NCBI GenBank assembly: GCA_964016885.1 | Contig: OZ024763.1 | Span: forward strand, 16,492,001-16,556,000 | Reading direction: 5' to 3' | Length of the DNA stretch: 64,000 nt | DNA from: Eledone cirrhosa | Taxonomy: Eukaryota | Shown here: positions 45,988 to 60,917 of the stretch, in pieces | Layout of the letters: each line of letters opens with the position of its first letter | Numbering within the stretch: position 1 is the stretch's first letter | The notes under the pieces: generated by a model | Told to the model about the DNA's origin: nothing | The model's database searches: none | What the model saw: only the letters and a program-made list of their open reading frames with translations | Translations under genes and position numbers: made by a program

Positions 45988-47227
45988 TTCTATTAGTTTG
46001 CCGTAATAAATTTTTAACTGGAAAATTCGCCCCAAAAAGGGGCGAAAATAAATAAACTCAAAGTTTGACGACCAAGGCAAGAGGTTAACGTATATTACAG
46101 TATAAAAAAATTAATCAAAACTCACTTTTTGAGTAAGTAAATCCGACTCGGTAGCCGAGCTTGTTCACACACGTCAACACACGTCTCTCGTATACGAGAT
46201 GTTATGTGAGATATTATGTGAGGTAAAGCCTTTACCATGAAAATATAATAGTATATATAGAGTAATGTGAATGGTAAAGGGTTATGTTGAACCATATAAT
46301 ATCATGTGACCCACTGCTCAATGAGAAAAAACAAACAAACAAAATGGCTGTCCATTCCTTCTTTAAATGTTTCAATCTATAACAGATGCCATTTGTTTTG
46401 CTTTGGTATGTTTAAAAAAATTTTTTTTTTCTTAGTCTGTGAGATAACATGGTCTAAAATCTGGTAATCTTTTTCAATAATGATCAGTGCTAGACATGAA
46501 ATTGTAAGGGGAGTTGGGTGGGGGTTGGGTGTGGGGGTTGGGCAGGAATACGAAATAAAAAGTAAATGAAAAAAATAAATAATAAAAGAAACAAAGAAAA
46601 ACAAGGAAGATACCATTATTTCCTGTAATTAAGGAAGAACCCCCCCCCCAAAAAAAATGAAATAAAATAAAAATAATAATAATGATACAAATAATAAAAA
46701 TAAAATGTAATAAAAATAAAATCAATAAAAATAAAAATAATAATCAAATAATAGAAATAAAATAATGATAAAATATAAAAAGAATAATAATAATTATTTC
46801 TACTTTTGGCACAAGGCCAGCAATTACCTCCCAGTGTATTACTGGTACTTTATTTTATCGACCCCGTAAGGATGAAAGACAAAGTTAACCTTGGCAGGAT
46901 TTGAAATCAGAACGTAAAGGGCCATAACTATGCTGCAAAGTATGGGTGTCTGACACTCTACCGATTCTGCCAATCCAAAATAATAATGATGATAATAATA
47001 ATAATAATAATAATTGTTTCTAATTTAGGCACAAGGCCAGCAAATACCCAGTGCATTACTGGTACTTTATTTTATCGACCTCGTAAGGATGAAAGGTAAA
47101 GTCAACCTCGGCGGGATTTGAACTCAGATCGTAAAGGGACTTAACTATGTTGGAAAGCATTGTGTCCGACCCTCTACCGATACTGCCAATCCACCACCCT
47201 TTATATAATAATAATAATAATAATAAT

Positions 47228-47579
47228 GATTTCATTTATTAGCCACAAGGGCCGACATGTAGGGGACAATACAAAGACAGGGACAGTGGGGGTTTACAAT
47301 AAGCTCGAGTAAAAGTGCACAATGGCAAGACTAATTTATTAATGAAGATATACAAATACAAAATAAACTATGCATAAATATAACAAAATAAATTCCCCTA
47401 TAGGGGGTGGACGACCCAGGGGTGACTCAGGTACCCCACCAATCCTGAACTACCCTGCGCTTCTAGGGCCTCCAGGGAGAGCACTCCTCTCCTCAAGTTA
47501 GCTAGCCTATAGGTGCATGGTCAGAGTAGGCCCATTCACACGGGCCATTCTCGCTACATTCATCCACCTTTTAGCAACA
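47228..47579 (-). mobile_element. 5'-truncated Tx1-related copy
   Basis: Encodes KRWMNVARMARVNGPTLTMHL*, similar to the ORF2 C-terminus ERWVKVGRMARVNGSSLYISL*. (AAT)n flanks. Confidence 0.8.
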
Positions 47580-47593
47580 ATGATAATAATAAT

Positions 47594-48001
47594 GCTTCTT
47601 TATTAACCACAAGGGTTGATATAAAGTATAACATTAAGGACAGCACAGGGCGGTACAGGACGGTACAAATGGGGTTTCGGCATGTAAAGAAGAAAAAAAC
47701 AATAACAAAGGAAATGAAAAAATAAGAAACAAAGGAAAATTCCCCAAGATGAGGGAGACTTCCGAGAGACACTTGGGGAGAAAGCCCATTAAAAAAAGCC
47801 ACGGTGACCCTGATCAGCAGGGCAAGTGCCCTCTCCCGGTTTTCCATCCCCAATCTACAGGCACACACTCAGAGTAGGCCCATTCACTCGGGCCAATCTT
47901 GCCTCTCTCACTCATCTTTCAACAAAATGCTGGGAAGAGAGCACTTCCCTCTCCACCCTGATGTTCCTTTTCAAATAAAATTTGAAAAAGTTAATCAGGG
48001 C
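47594..48001 (-). mobile_element. 5'-truncated Tx1-related copy
   Basis: Encodes LINFFKFYLKRNIRVERE...ARLARVNGPTLSVCL*. (AAT)n flanks. Confidence 0.8.
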
Positions 48002-49137
48002 ATAATAATAATAATTGTTTCTACTATTGGCACAAGGTCAGCAATTTACCCCAGTGCATTACTGCTACTTTATTTTATCGACCCCATAAGGATGAAAGGC
48101 AAAGTTAACCTCAGCGGGATTTGAACTCAGAATGGCAAGGGCCATAACTCTATGCTGCAAAGTATGGCGTCCGACTCTCTACCGATACTGCCAATCCACC
48201 GGGCATAATAATAATAATTGTTTCTACTTTAGGCACAAGGCCAGCAATTACCCCAGTGCATTACTGGTACTTTATTTTATCGACCCCGTAAGGGCATAAT
48301 AATAATAATGACAATAGAAATAATAATAATAATACTGATTTCATTTATCGGCCATAAGGGCTGACATCTAGGGGACAATAATAATGATAATAATTGTTTA
48401 TACTTTTGGCACAAGGCCAGCAATTACCCAGTACATTACTGGTACTTTATTTTATCGACCCCGTAAGGATGAAAGGCAAAGTTAACCTCGAACATAAAGG
48501 GCCATAACTCTTTGCTGCAAAGCATGGTGTCCGATCCTCTACCAATACTGCCAATCCAATTTTGGCACAAGGCCAGCAATTATACCAGTACATTACTGGT
48601 ACTTTATTTTATCGACCCCGTAATGATAATGAAAATAATAAAATTAATAAAAAAATAAAGATAATAAAATAAAATAATAAATATAACAATGAAAATAAAA
48701 ATAATAGAAAAAATAATATAATAAGAATAAAAATATTAAAATAAAATAATAAATATAACAATGAAAATAAAAATAATAAAAAAAATAATATAATAAGAAT
48801 AAAAATGATACAAATAAAAATATTAAAATAAAAAATGCAGAAATGATATAACACAAAATAGCAGAAAATGAATTCGAAAACCCCCCAAAAATGTTTTTAT
48901 TTAAATTTTAAACTGATCTCAATTTCTGGAGTATTTTTTAAAAGAATTTTAAAAGAATTATCTTTAAATTACCTTTGTTTATTAAATTTATTTTACATTT
49001 AAAATAATAAAATAAAATAAATAGATAGATATAGAAATAAATATAAAATAAAGACGGTTGCCACTGTGGCAGCTGTTTTGTGTCGTTAGTGACTCCGAAG
49101 TTAGCTTAATTCTGACTTTGTTTCATCAATGTCAGAA

Positions 49138-49700
49138 CATCATCATCATGATTATTATTATCATCATCATCATCTTGACCATTGTAACCCCCCCCCAATC
49201 ATCATCATCATCTCTATCACCGTTGTCATGATCACCACCAGCACTATCATCACCACCACCATCATCACCACCACCACCAATATCATCATCATCATCACCT
49301 TCACCATCATCAATATCATCACCATCATCATCAATATCATCACCATCATCATCACCATCAATATCACCATCACTATCATCATCAATAGCATCATCATTAT
49401 CATCACCACCAATATCACCATCACCTTCACCATCATCATCAATATCATCACCAATATCATCACCATCATCATCAATATCATCACCATCATCATCATCATC
49501 ACCATCAATATCATCACCATCATCATCATCATCACCATCAATATCATCACCTTCACCATCACCACCAATATCATCACCTTCACCACCACCACCAATATTA
49601 CCATCGTCATCCTGACCACCAATACCATCATCATCATTACAATCATCACCATCACCATCATCACCATCATCATCATCACCACCATCACCACCATTATAGA
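49138..49700. repeat. (CAT/CAC)n compound microsatellite
   Basis: Read directly from sequence. Confidence 0.95.
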
Positions 49701-49789
49701 AGGTGAATGAGTTGGTATTGGAATGGTTAATCATTTAATGGAAGACACTTTAACCATTTTGCACCTGTAGGAAATATGCTAATGGTTTG

Positions 49790-50021
49790 AGAAGATACTT
49801 CAGTTGTGTCACAGGCATGACAACCTCTCTTGTCTTGGTGATATATATGATAAAAGCACCTTGTACACTCTGTAAAGTGGTTGGTGATAGGAAGGGCATC
49901 CAGCTGCAGAAAGCTTGCCAACAAGGAGTCAGGGGAAGTCTTCAGTTGTGCTACAGACATGACTACTTTTCTAGTGTTGCTGATATATATATATATATAT
50001 ATATATAAAACTGAGGATGTC

Positions 50022-50052
<31 letters not shown>

Positions 50053-51540
50053 CTGTGAGTTTAAATCCCTAAAACTCGAGAAGTACCCAACCGATTTTTT
50101 TCAAACTTTACATGTGTATTACTTATGTTTCTGGGAGTGTTATGCACGCATTAGGTGAAACCCTGCATTTTTCCTGCTTCATCGAGGAAAATCTTAAAGA
50201 TTATCCAACCAATCAGAGTATTCGGTTTATTTTCTTTACATATTGTCCAGGCATGCAGTTTTTCCGCGATTAGGTCTGTTGGCGGCCCGCGTTCCAAAAT
50301 ACCTTATCCCGTGCAACGCCGGGTACCACTGCTAGTATATATATAAAATCACCTTGTACACTCTGTAAAGTGGTTCATCTTTACGGGGTCGATAGGAAAG
50401 GCATTCAGCTGTAGAAAACTTGTCAGATGAAGGGTTGGTAGGAACTCTTCAGTTGTGTAAAAGACATGACAACCTCTCTTGTCTCGGTGATATATATGAT
50501 AAAAGCACCGTGTACACTCTGTAAAGTGGTTGGTGATAGGAAGGGCATCCAGCTGTAGAAAGCTTGCCAACAAGGAGTCAGGGGAAGTCTTCAGTTGTGT
50601 CACAGGCATGACAACCGCTCTTGTCTTGGTGATATATATGATAAAAGCACCGTGTACACTCTGTAAAGTGGTTGGTGATAGGAAGGGCATCCAGCTGTAG
50701 AAAGCTTGCCAACAAGGAGTCAGGGGAAGTCTTCAGTTGTGTCACAGGCATGACAACCTCTCTTGTGTTGGTGATATATATGATAAAAGCACCTTGTACA
50801 CTCTGTAAAGTGGTTGGTGATAGGAAGGGCATCCAGCTGTAGAAAGCTTGCCAACAAGGAGTCAGGGGAAGTCTTCAGTTGTGTCACAGGCATGACAACC
50901 TCTCTTGTGTTGGTGATATATATGATAAAAGCACCTTGTACACTCTGTAAAGTGGTTGGTGATAGGAAGGGCATCCAGCTGTAGAAAGCTTGCCAACAAG
51001 GAGTCAGGGGAAGTCTTCAGTTGTGTCACAGGCATGACAACCTCTCTTGTGTTGGTGATATATATGATAAAAGCACCTTGTACACTCTGTAAAGTGGTTG
51101 GTGATAGGAAGGGCATCCAGCTGTAGAAAGCTTGCCAACAAGGAGTCAGGGGAAGTCTTCAGTTGTGTCACAGGCATGACAACCTCTCTTGTGTTGGTGA
51201 TATATATGATAAAAGCACCTTGTACACTCTGTAAAGTGGTTGGTGATAGGAAGGGCATCCAGCTGTAGAAAGCTTGCCAACAAGGAGTGAGGGGAAGTCT
51301 TCAGTTGTGTCACAGGCATGACAACCTCTCTTGTGTTGGTGATATATATGATAAAAGCACCTTGTACACTCTGTAAAGTGGTTGGTGATAGGAAGGGCAT
51401 CCAGCTGTAGAAAGCTTGCCAACAAGGAGTCAGGGGAAGTCTTCAGTTGTATCACAGACATGACAACCTCTCTTGTGTTGGTGATATATATGATAAAAGC
51501 ACCGTGTACACTCTGTAAAGTGGTTGGTGATAGGGGTATC
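49790..51540. repeat. 142-bp tandem repeat (~9-10 units) containing RTE 3'UTR sequence, interrupted by a Helitron
   Basis: Unit contains aaaagcacc..gtacactctgtaaagtggttggtgataggaagggcatccagctgtagaaa. Identical ORFs recur every 142 bp. Confidence 0.95.
49995..50335 (+). mobile_element. Non-autonomous Helitron
   Basis: 5' (ta)n-taaaa then ctgt/gt microsatellite; 'aaccgattt..tcaaactt' motif; 3' hairpin cccg-tgcaacgc-cggg followed by CTAG|T (50332-50336). The 5' end is hidden in (TA)n. Confidence 0.8.
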
Positions 51541-51944
51541 TGGTCTTAAAAATCCTGCCAAATAAAGGATCGAAAGGACTGTTAAGTTTTGTCAAAGACA
51601 TGACAACCCCCCTTGTGTTGGTGCAATGATAAAAGGCACTTGGTAAAGCAAGGGACTGGATGTAAATATGATGTGGGCCGCTGCATCCACCCAAGCTCTC
51701 GGTAGATTACAGCAGTGCATGTAATAAGTGAGATGCAGGGCCCCCGTCCCTTCTGCGAGTTTGGTAGCTCCATTTGAGTACTGACCAGCCTGTGACATGT
51801 CCAGCCCATGCTAGGATAGAAAGTGGAGATTTGATGATGATGATGATGATGTTAGACACTTTAACCATCTCATTACCATATTTCTCGTTAAATAATGCGC
51901 ACCCACACCCCACACTTCACCTGGCTACAGTTATGTCAAACACT

Positions 51945-54900
51945 AACACCACCACCTCCACCAACACCACCACACCACCTCAACCTCCATCACCACCTCC
52001 TCAACCAAGACCCCCACACCACCTCAACCTCCACCACCACCTCCTCCTCCACCACCACACCACCTCAACCTCCACCACCACCACACCACCTCAACCTCCA
52101 CCACCACACCACCTCAACCTCCACCACCACCACACCACCTCAACCTCCACCACCACCACACCATCTCAACCTCCACCACCACCACACCACCTCAACCTCC
52201 ACCACCACCACACCACCTCAACCTCCACCACCACCACACCACCTCAACCTCCACCACCACCACACCACCTCAACCTCCACCACCACCACCACACCACCTC
52301 AACCTCCACCACCACCACACCACCTCAACCTCCACCACCACCACTACCTCAACCAAGACCCCCACACCACCTCAACCTCCACCACACCACCTCATCCTCC
52401 ACCACCACCACACCACACCACCTCATCCTCCACCACCACCACCACCTCAACCTCCACCACCACACCACCTCAACCTCCACCACCACCACACCATCTCAAC
52501 CTCCACCACCACCACACCACCTCAACCTCCACCACCACACCACCTCAACCTCCACCACCACCACACCACCTCAACCTCCACCACCACCACACCACCTCAA
52601 CCTCCACCACCACCACACCACCTCAACCTCCACCACCACCACACCACCTCAACCTCCACCACCACCACTACCTCAACCAAGACCCCCACACCACCTCAAC
52701 CTCCACCACACCACCTCATCCTCCACCACCACCACACCACACCACCTCATCCTCCACCACCACCACCACCTCAACCTCCACCACCACACCACCTCATCCT
52801 CCACCACCACTACACCACCTCATCCTCCACCACCACCACACCACCTCATCCTCCACCACCACTACACCACCTCATCCTCCACCACCACCACACCACCTCA
52901 ACCTCCACCACCACTACCTCAACCAAGACCCCCACACCACCTCAACCTCCACCACACCACCTCATCCTCCACCACCACACCACCTCAACCTCCACCACCA
53001 CCACACCACCTCAACCTCCACCACCACCACACCACCTCAACCTCCACCACCACCACACCACCTCAACCTCCACCACCACCACACCACCTCAACCTCCACC
53101 ACCACCACCTCAACCTCCACCACCACCACTACCTCAACCAAGACCCCCACACCACCTCAACCTCCACCACACCACCTCATCCTCCACCACCACCACACCA
53201 CACCACCTCATCCTCCACCACCACCACCACCTCAACCTCCACCACCACACCACCTCAACCTCCACCACACCACCTCAACCTCCACCACACCACCTCATCC
53301 TCCACCACCACCTCAACCTCCACCACCACCTCAACCTCCACCACCACACCACCTCAACCTCCACCACCACTACCTCAACCAAGACCCCCACACCACCTCA
53401 ACCTCCACCACACCACCTCATCCTCCACCACCACCTCAACCTCCACCACCACCTCAACCTCCACCACCACACCACCTCAACCTCCACCACCACTACCTCA
53501 ACCAAGACCCCCACACCACCTCAACCTCCACCACACCACCTCATCCTCCACCACCACCTCAACCTCCACCACCACCTCAACCTCCACCACCACACCACCT
53601 CAACCTCCACCACCACTACCTCAACCAAGACCCCCACACCACCTCAACCTCCACCACACCACCTCATCCTCCACCACCTCAACCTCCACCACCACACCAC
53701 CTCAACCTCCACCACCTCCACACCACCTCAACCTCCACCACCACACCACCTCAACCTCCACCACCACACCACCTCAACCTCCACCACCACTACCTCAACC
53801 AAGACCCCCACACCACCTCAACCTCCACCACACCACCTCAACCTCCACCACCACCTCAACCTCCACCACCACACCACCTCAACCTCCACCACCACTACCT
53901 CAACCAAGACCCCCACACCACCTCAACCTCCACCACACCACCTCAACCTCCACCACCACCTCAACCTCCACCACCACACCACCTCAACCTCCACCACCTC
54001 CACACCACCTCAACCTCCACCACCACACCACCTCAACCTCCACCACACCACCTCATCCTCCACCACCACCTCAACCTCCACACCACCTCAACCTCCACCA
54101 CCACACCACCTCAACCTCCACCACCACACCACCTCAACCTCCACCACCACTACCTCAACCAAGACCCCCACACCACCTCAACCTCCACCACCACCTCAAC
54201 CTCCACCACCACACCACCTCAACCTCCACCACACCACCTCAACCTCCACCACACCACCTCATCCTCCACCACCACCACACCACCTCATCCTCCACCTCCA
54301 CCACCACCTCAACCTCCACCACACCACCTCATCCTCCACCACACCACCTCATCCTCCACCACCACCACACCACCACAACCTCCACCACCACACCACCTCA
54401 ACCTCCACCACCACTACCTCTACCAAGACCCCCACACCACCTCAACCTCCACCACACCACCTCATCCTCCACCACCACCACACCACCACAACCTCCACCA
54501 CCACACCACCTCAACCTCCACCACCACTACCTCTACCAAGACCACCACACCACCTCAACTTCCACCACCACCACCTCATCCTCCACCACCACCACACCAC
54601 CACAACCTCCACCACCACACCACCTCAACCTCCACCACCACTACCTCTACCAAGACCCCCACACCACCTCAACCTCCACCACACCACCTCATCCTCCACC
54701 ACCACCACACCACCACAACCTCCACCACCACACCACCTCAACCTCCACCACCACTACCTCAACCAAGACCCCCACACCACCTCAACCTCCACCACACCAC
54801 CTCATCCTCCACCACCACCACACCACCACAACCTCCACCACCACACCACCTCAACCTCCACCACCACTACCTCTACCAAGACCACCACACCACCTCAACT

Positions 54901-56435
54901 TCCACCACCACCACCAACACCACCACCTCCACCACCACCACCACAAAGACCACCGCACCATCTCAACCTCCACCACCACCACCACAACTACACCACAACA
55001 ACTACACCACCACCAACATCATTATACCACCACTATCACACCACCACCAACACCACCACCACCACCACCACCACCAACACCCACCACCACCACCACCACC
55101 AACACCCACCACCACCACCACCACCAACACCGCCAACACCACCCACCGCCAACACCACCCACCGCCAACACCACCCACCGCCAACACCACCACCACCACC
55201 ACCAACACCACCAACACCACCTCAACCTCCACCACCACCACCACCACCACCACCACCACCACCACCACCACCACCAGCAACACCACCTCAACCTCCACCA
55301 CCACCACCACCCACCACCACCAACACCACCACCACCACCAACACCAACACCAACACCAACACCACCACCACCACCACCAACACCACCAACACCACCCACC
55401 GCCAACACCACCACCACCACCACCACCACCACCACCACCACCACCACCACCACCACCAACACCACCACCACCACCAACACCACCCACCGCCAACACCACC
55501 ACCACCACCACCACACCACCACCACCACCACACCACCACCACACCACCACCACCAACACCACCACCACCACCACCACCACCACCACCACCACCTTCACTC
55601 CTACACCTTAATCTGACATTCTATATTCTGGGAATTCAAATTATTTTTCATTTTAATTATTTCAATCTTGAACTGGTGGTGGTGGTGTTGGTGGTGGTGG
55701 TGGTGGTGGTGGTGGTGTTGGTGGTGGTGTTGGTGGTGGTGGTGGTGGTGGTGGTGGTGTTGGTGGTGGTGTTGGTGGTGGTGGTGTGGTGGTGGTGTGG
55801 TGGTGGTGGTGGTGTGGTGGTGGTGGTGGTGTGGTGGTGGTGGTGGTGGTGGTGGTGGTGACAGTGGTGGTGGTGGTGGTGGTGGTGGTGACAGTGGTGG
55901 TGGTGGTGTTGGTGGTGGTGTTGATGGTGGTGGTGGTGTTGGTGGTGGTGACAGTGGTGGTGTGGTGGTGGTGGTGGTGGTGTGGTGATGGTGGTGACGG
56001 TGGTGGTGGTGGTGGTGTGGTGATGATGGTGGTGGTGGTGGTGTGGTGACAGTGGTGGTGTGGTGATGGTGGTGGTGATGGTGGTGGTGATGATGGTGGT
56101 GGTGGTGGTGGTGGTGACAGTGGTGGTGGTGGTCTCTAGAACCAGATCAGAATCTGTTACCTTCACCCGTCATCATCATCACCACTACCACCACCACCAC
56201 TACCACCACCACCACCACACCAACCATCACCATCACCACCACCAACCATCACCATCACCACCACACCACCACACCAACCATCACCATCACCACCACACCA
56301 CCACACCAACCATCACCACACCACCACACCAACCATCACCATCACCACCACACCACCACACCAACCATCACCATCACACCACCACACCAACCTTCACCAC
56401 CACCACCACTGTCACCACCACCCCCACCACCACCA
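51945..56435. repeat. (CCA)n-derived minisatellite (51945-55600), inverted (TGG)n block (55672-56132), then (CCA)n again
   Basis: Units such as ccaccacaccacctcaacct with the marker 'aaccaagacccccaca'. Confidence 0.95.
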
Positions 56436-56584
56436 GTGTTATCTTTACTGTTGTTGTAGCTGTAGTCATTGTTTTCCTCTGTATATTTCTATCTCATCTC
56501 TTCTAATTGGTATTCTCTCTCCCTCTGTCATTCTGTCACTGAAGCTGTCTGGCTGTCACATTCAGAGGAACATACCAAAATTTA

Positions 56585-58410
<1,826 letters not shown>

Positions 58411-58414
58411 AATT

Positions 58415-58590
58415 TTTCTTTTCCTTTTGTTTTCAGTTATTAGATAGAGGCCATGCTGGTGCAGAGCCTTCATGGTGTTCCCTCAATCATGTTGACCCCA
58501 GTACTTAATTTCAAAATGTCTGTAACTTATTTTATCAATCTCTATTTGCTGGTTGGACTGCTAAGTTGGGGGAACATAGACCAACAGAAA
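58415..58590 (-). mobile_element. Old SINE 3' part, probably the partner of the head at 60400-60560
   Basis: 'tgttttcagt..ggccatgctgg..gaccccagtactta..ctaagtt.ggggaac' resembles an abundant octopus repeat (recalled, not searched). Confidence 0.45.
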
Positions 58591-58599
58591 TATAGATCT

Positions 58600-60100
58600 T
58601 TGCCCACTTATTCCTGAGAGAGTCATGGGGAGGGGCAGAGCACTCAAACACTCCTTCCAGCATGTCCTGTCAGAAGTAACCCTCTCCAACTGATCTGGCT
58701 GGATCCCCAAATGTGACCAGTCAAGCTCATGGATGTTATCCAACCATCTTGTTCAGAGTGTATCCCAGGGTCTATTACCGGTTGGTTTTGCCTGTAAAAT
58801 CTGTCCAGTGATTCTTTCCTGAGACTGTCTAACCACATGTCCATAGTATTGGAGCTGTGATCTCTCAATTCAGAGAAGTAACAGCTCTACCTGGAGTGAC
58901 TCTCTGATCTCCGAGCTATAAATCTGTCCAGCGATTCTTTCCTGAGACATTCTAACATACCCATAGTATCGGAGATGTGAGCTCTCAATTCAGAGAAGTA
59001 ACAGCTCTACCTGGAGTGACTCTCTGATCTCCGAGCTACAAATCTGTCCAGCGATTCTTTCCTGAGACATTCTAACATACCCATAGTATTGGAGCTGTGA
59101 TCTCTCAATTCGGAGAAGTAGCAGCTCTACCTGGAGTGACTCTCTGATCTCCGAGCTACAAATCTGTCCAGCGATTCTTTCCTGAGACATTATAACATAC
59201 CCATAGTATCGGAGCTGTGATCTCTCAATTCTGAGAAGTAACAGCTCTACCTGGAGTGACTCTCTGATCTCCGAGCTACAAATCTGTCCAGCGATTCTTT
59301 CCCGAGACATTCTAACCACATGTCCATAGTATTGGAACTGTGAACTCTCAATTCAGAGAAGTAGCAGCTATACCTGGAGTGACTCCCTGATCTCTGAGCT
59401 ACAAATCTGTCCAGCAATTCTTTCTTGAGACATTCTAACATACCCATAGTATCGGAGCTGCGAGCTCTCAATTCTGAGAAGTAGCAGCTCTACCTGGAGT
59501 GACTCTCTGATCTCCAAGCTACAAATCTGTCCAGTGATTCTTTCTTAAGACATTCTAACCACATGTCCATAGTATCAGAGCTGTGATCTCTCAATTCGGA
59601 GAAATAGCGGCTCTACCTGGAGTGACTCTCTGATCTCTGAGCTACAAATCTGTCCAGCAATTCTATCCTGATACATTCTAACATACCCATTGTATCGGAG
59701 CTGTGATCTCTCAATTCGGAGAAGTAGCAGCTCTACCTGGAGAGACTCTCTGAGCTACAAATCTGTCCAGCGATTCTTTCTTGAGACATTCTAACAATAT
59801 ATCCATAGTATTGGAGCTGTGATCTCTCAATTCGGAGAAGTAACAGCTCTACCTGGAGTGACTCTCTGATCTCTGAGCTGCAAATCTGTCCAGCGATTCT
59901 TTCTTGAGACATTCTAACCACATGTCCGTAGTATCGGAACTGTGAGCTCTCAATTCGGAGAAGTAGCAGCCCTACCTGGAGTGACTCTCTGATCTCTGAG
60001 CTACAAATGTTTTCAGTGATTCTTTCCTGAGACATTCTAACCACATGTCCATAGTATCAGAGCTGTGATCTCTCAATTCGGAGTAGTAACAGCTCTACCT
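58600..60100 (-). mobile_element. Expander/Rex3-like RTE 3' fragment with a 120/123-bp coding segment amplified ~10-11 times
   Basis: Unit translates SSEIRESLQVELLLLRIERSQLRYYGHVVRMSQERIAGQIC. Downstream DNIHELDWSHLGIQPDQLERVTSDRTCWKECLSALP is an RTE-type C-terminus. Confidence 0.85.
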
Positions 60101-60399
60101 AGACAAACACATAAATTATATTCTTTACAATTAATTAGCTCAAAGAAAGAAGCATTTCTGAGCCGTGAAATACAAGTTAATATAAATTAATACATGATAA
60201 ACACATAAGTGTTTGTATATATATATATATAAAGAGAGAGAGAGAGAATGCTGTTTATATCTGTTTGATAATGTAACATAATCGATTGAGCCCAGCTATA
60301 ACTAGTTATGCAAATCCCTGTGTATAAACATTTGCATGGTAATACAGCTATGAGCAGGTTTGTTACAGAAACAGTCGTTATGCAATAAATGGATGTATA

Positions 60400-60560
60400 C
60401 ATGACAGGCACCATACAGTTCGCTTCTACCAAGCTTTACTCACAAGATATTGGTCAACCCGAGGCTACAGTAGAACACACTTGCCTAAGGTGCCTCACAG
60501 TAGGACAGAACCTGAAACAAAGGGGTTGACAATCAGACTCCTTCCTTACCCACATACCTG
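60400..60560 (-). mobile_element. Old tRNA/CORE-type SINE 5' part
   Basis: Minus strand ...ggttctgtcctactgtgaggcaccttaggcaagtgtgttctactgtagcctcggg. Confidence 0.55.
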
Positions 60561-60917
60561 CAGTAAAACAATGGAGGGCATAAAAAAATATTGATTTTTT
60601 TTTTTTTTGTTTTTTTTTTTTTTTTTACAGTTTTTAGTTAATATTTTCATAATTTTTTATTTTAAAATATTTTCATTTTTTTTTTTCTTTTTGGAAATTA
60701 TTGTTTTTAAAATAAATATTTCTGTTACTCATAAATTTTATCTATTAGGATATATAAAAAAAAAAAAAATATATATATATATGTTATATTATTCATATTA
60801 TATGGATGTATAATATATATATGTATGTGTGTATATATGTATATATATATGTTTATGGCCATACTTGATAACGAGGGGGAAGCTATCATATATGTATGTA
60901 TATGTATATATGTACAT

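Larger units (their letters stand above)
40550..46198 (-). mobile_element. Full-length Tx1/L1-clade non-LTR retrotransposon
   Basis: Two intact ORFs 21 nt apart, 5'UTR, and a 3'UTR ending AATAAAGAAACC. Both ends are defined by interruption of the 72-bp array. Confidence 0.95.
46795..48622 (-). mobile_element. Cluster of ~6 SINE copies/fragments (26770 family) interleaved with Tx1 3' fragments in (AAT)n
   Basis: 'ctggtactttattttatcgaccccgtaaggatgaaaggcaaag' recurs near 46845, 47060, 48065, 48265, 48440 and 48597. Confidence 0.9.

Noticed and set aside
45988-46080. N-terminal extension of Tx1 ORF1 in the ORF track
   Set aside because: Starts at a non-ATG codon; the first ATG is at 45987.
49132-49734. 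Asp/Gly-rich acidic biomineralisation-like ORF
   Set aside because: Reverse reading of a (CAT/CAC)n microsatellite that is open in several frames.
51774-55616. 1280-aa and 1238-aa Pro/His/Thr extensin-like ORFs
   Set aside because: The (CCA)n-derived repeat lacks stops in multiple frames, and the same peptides rotate between frames.
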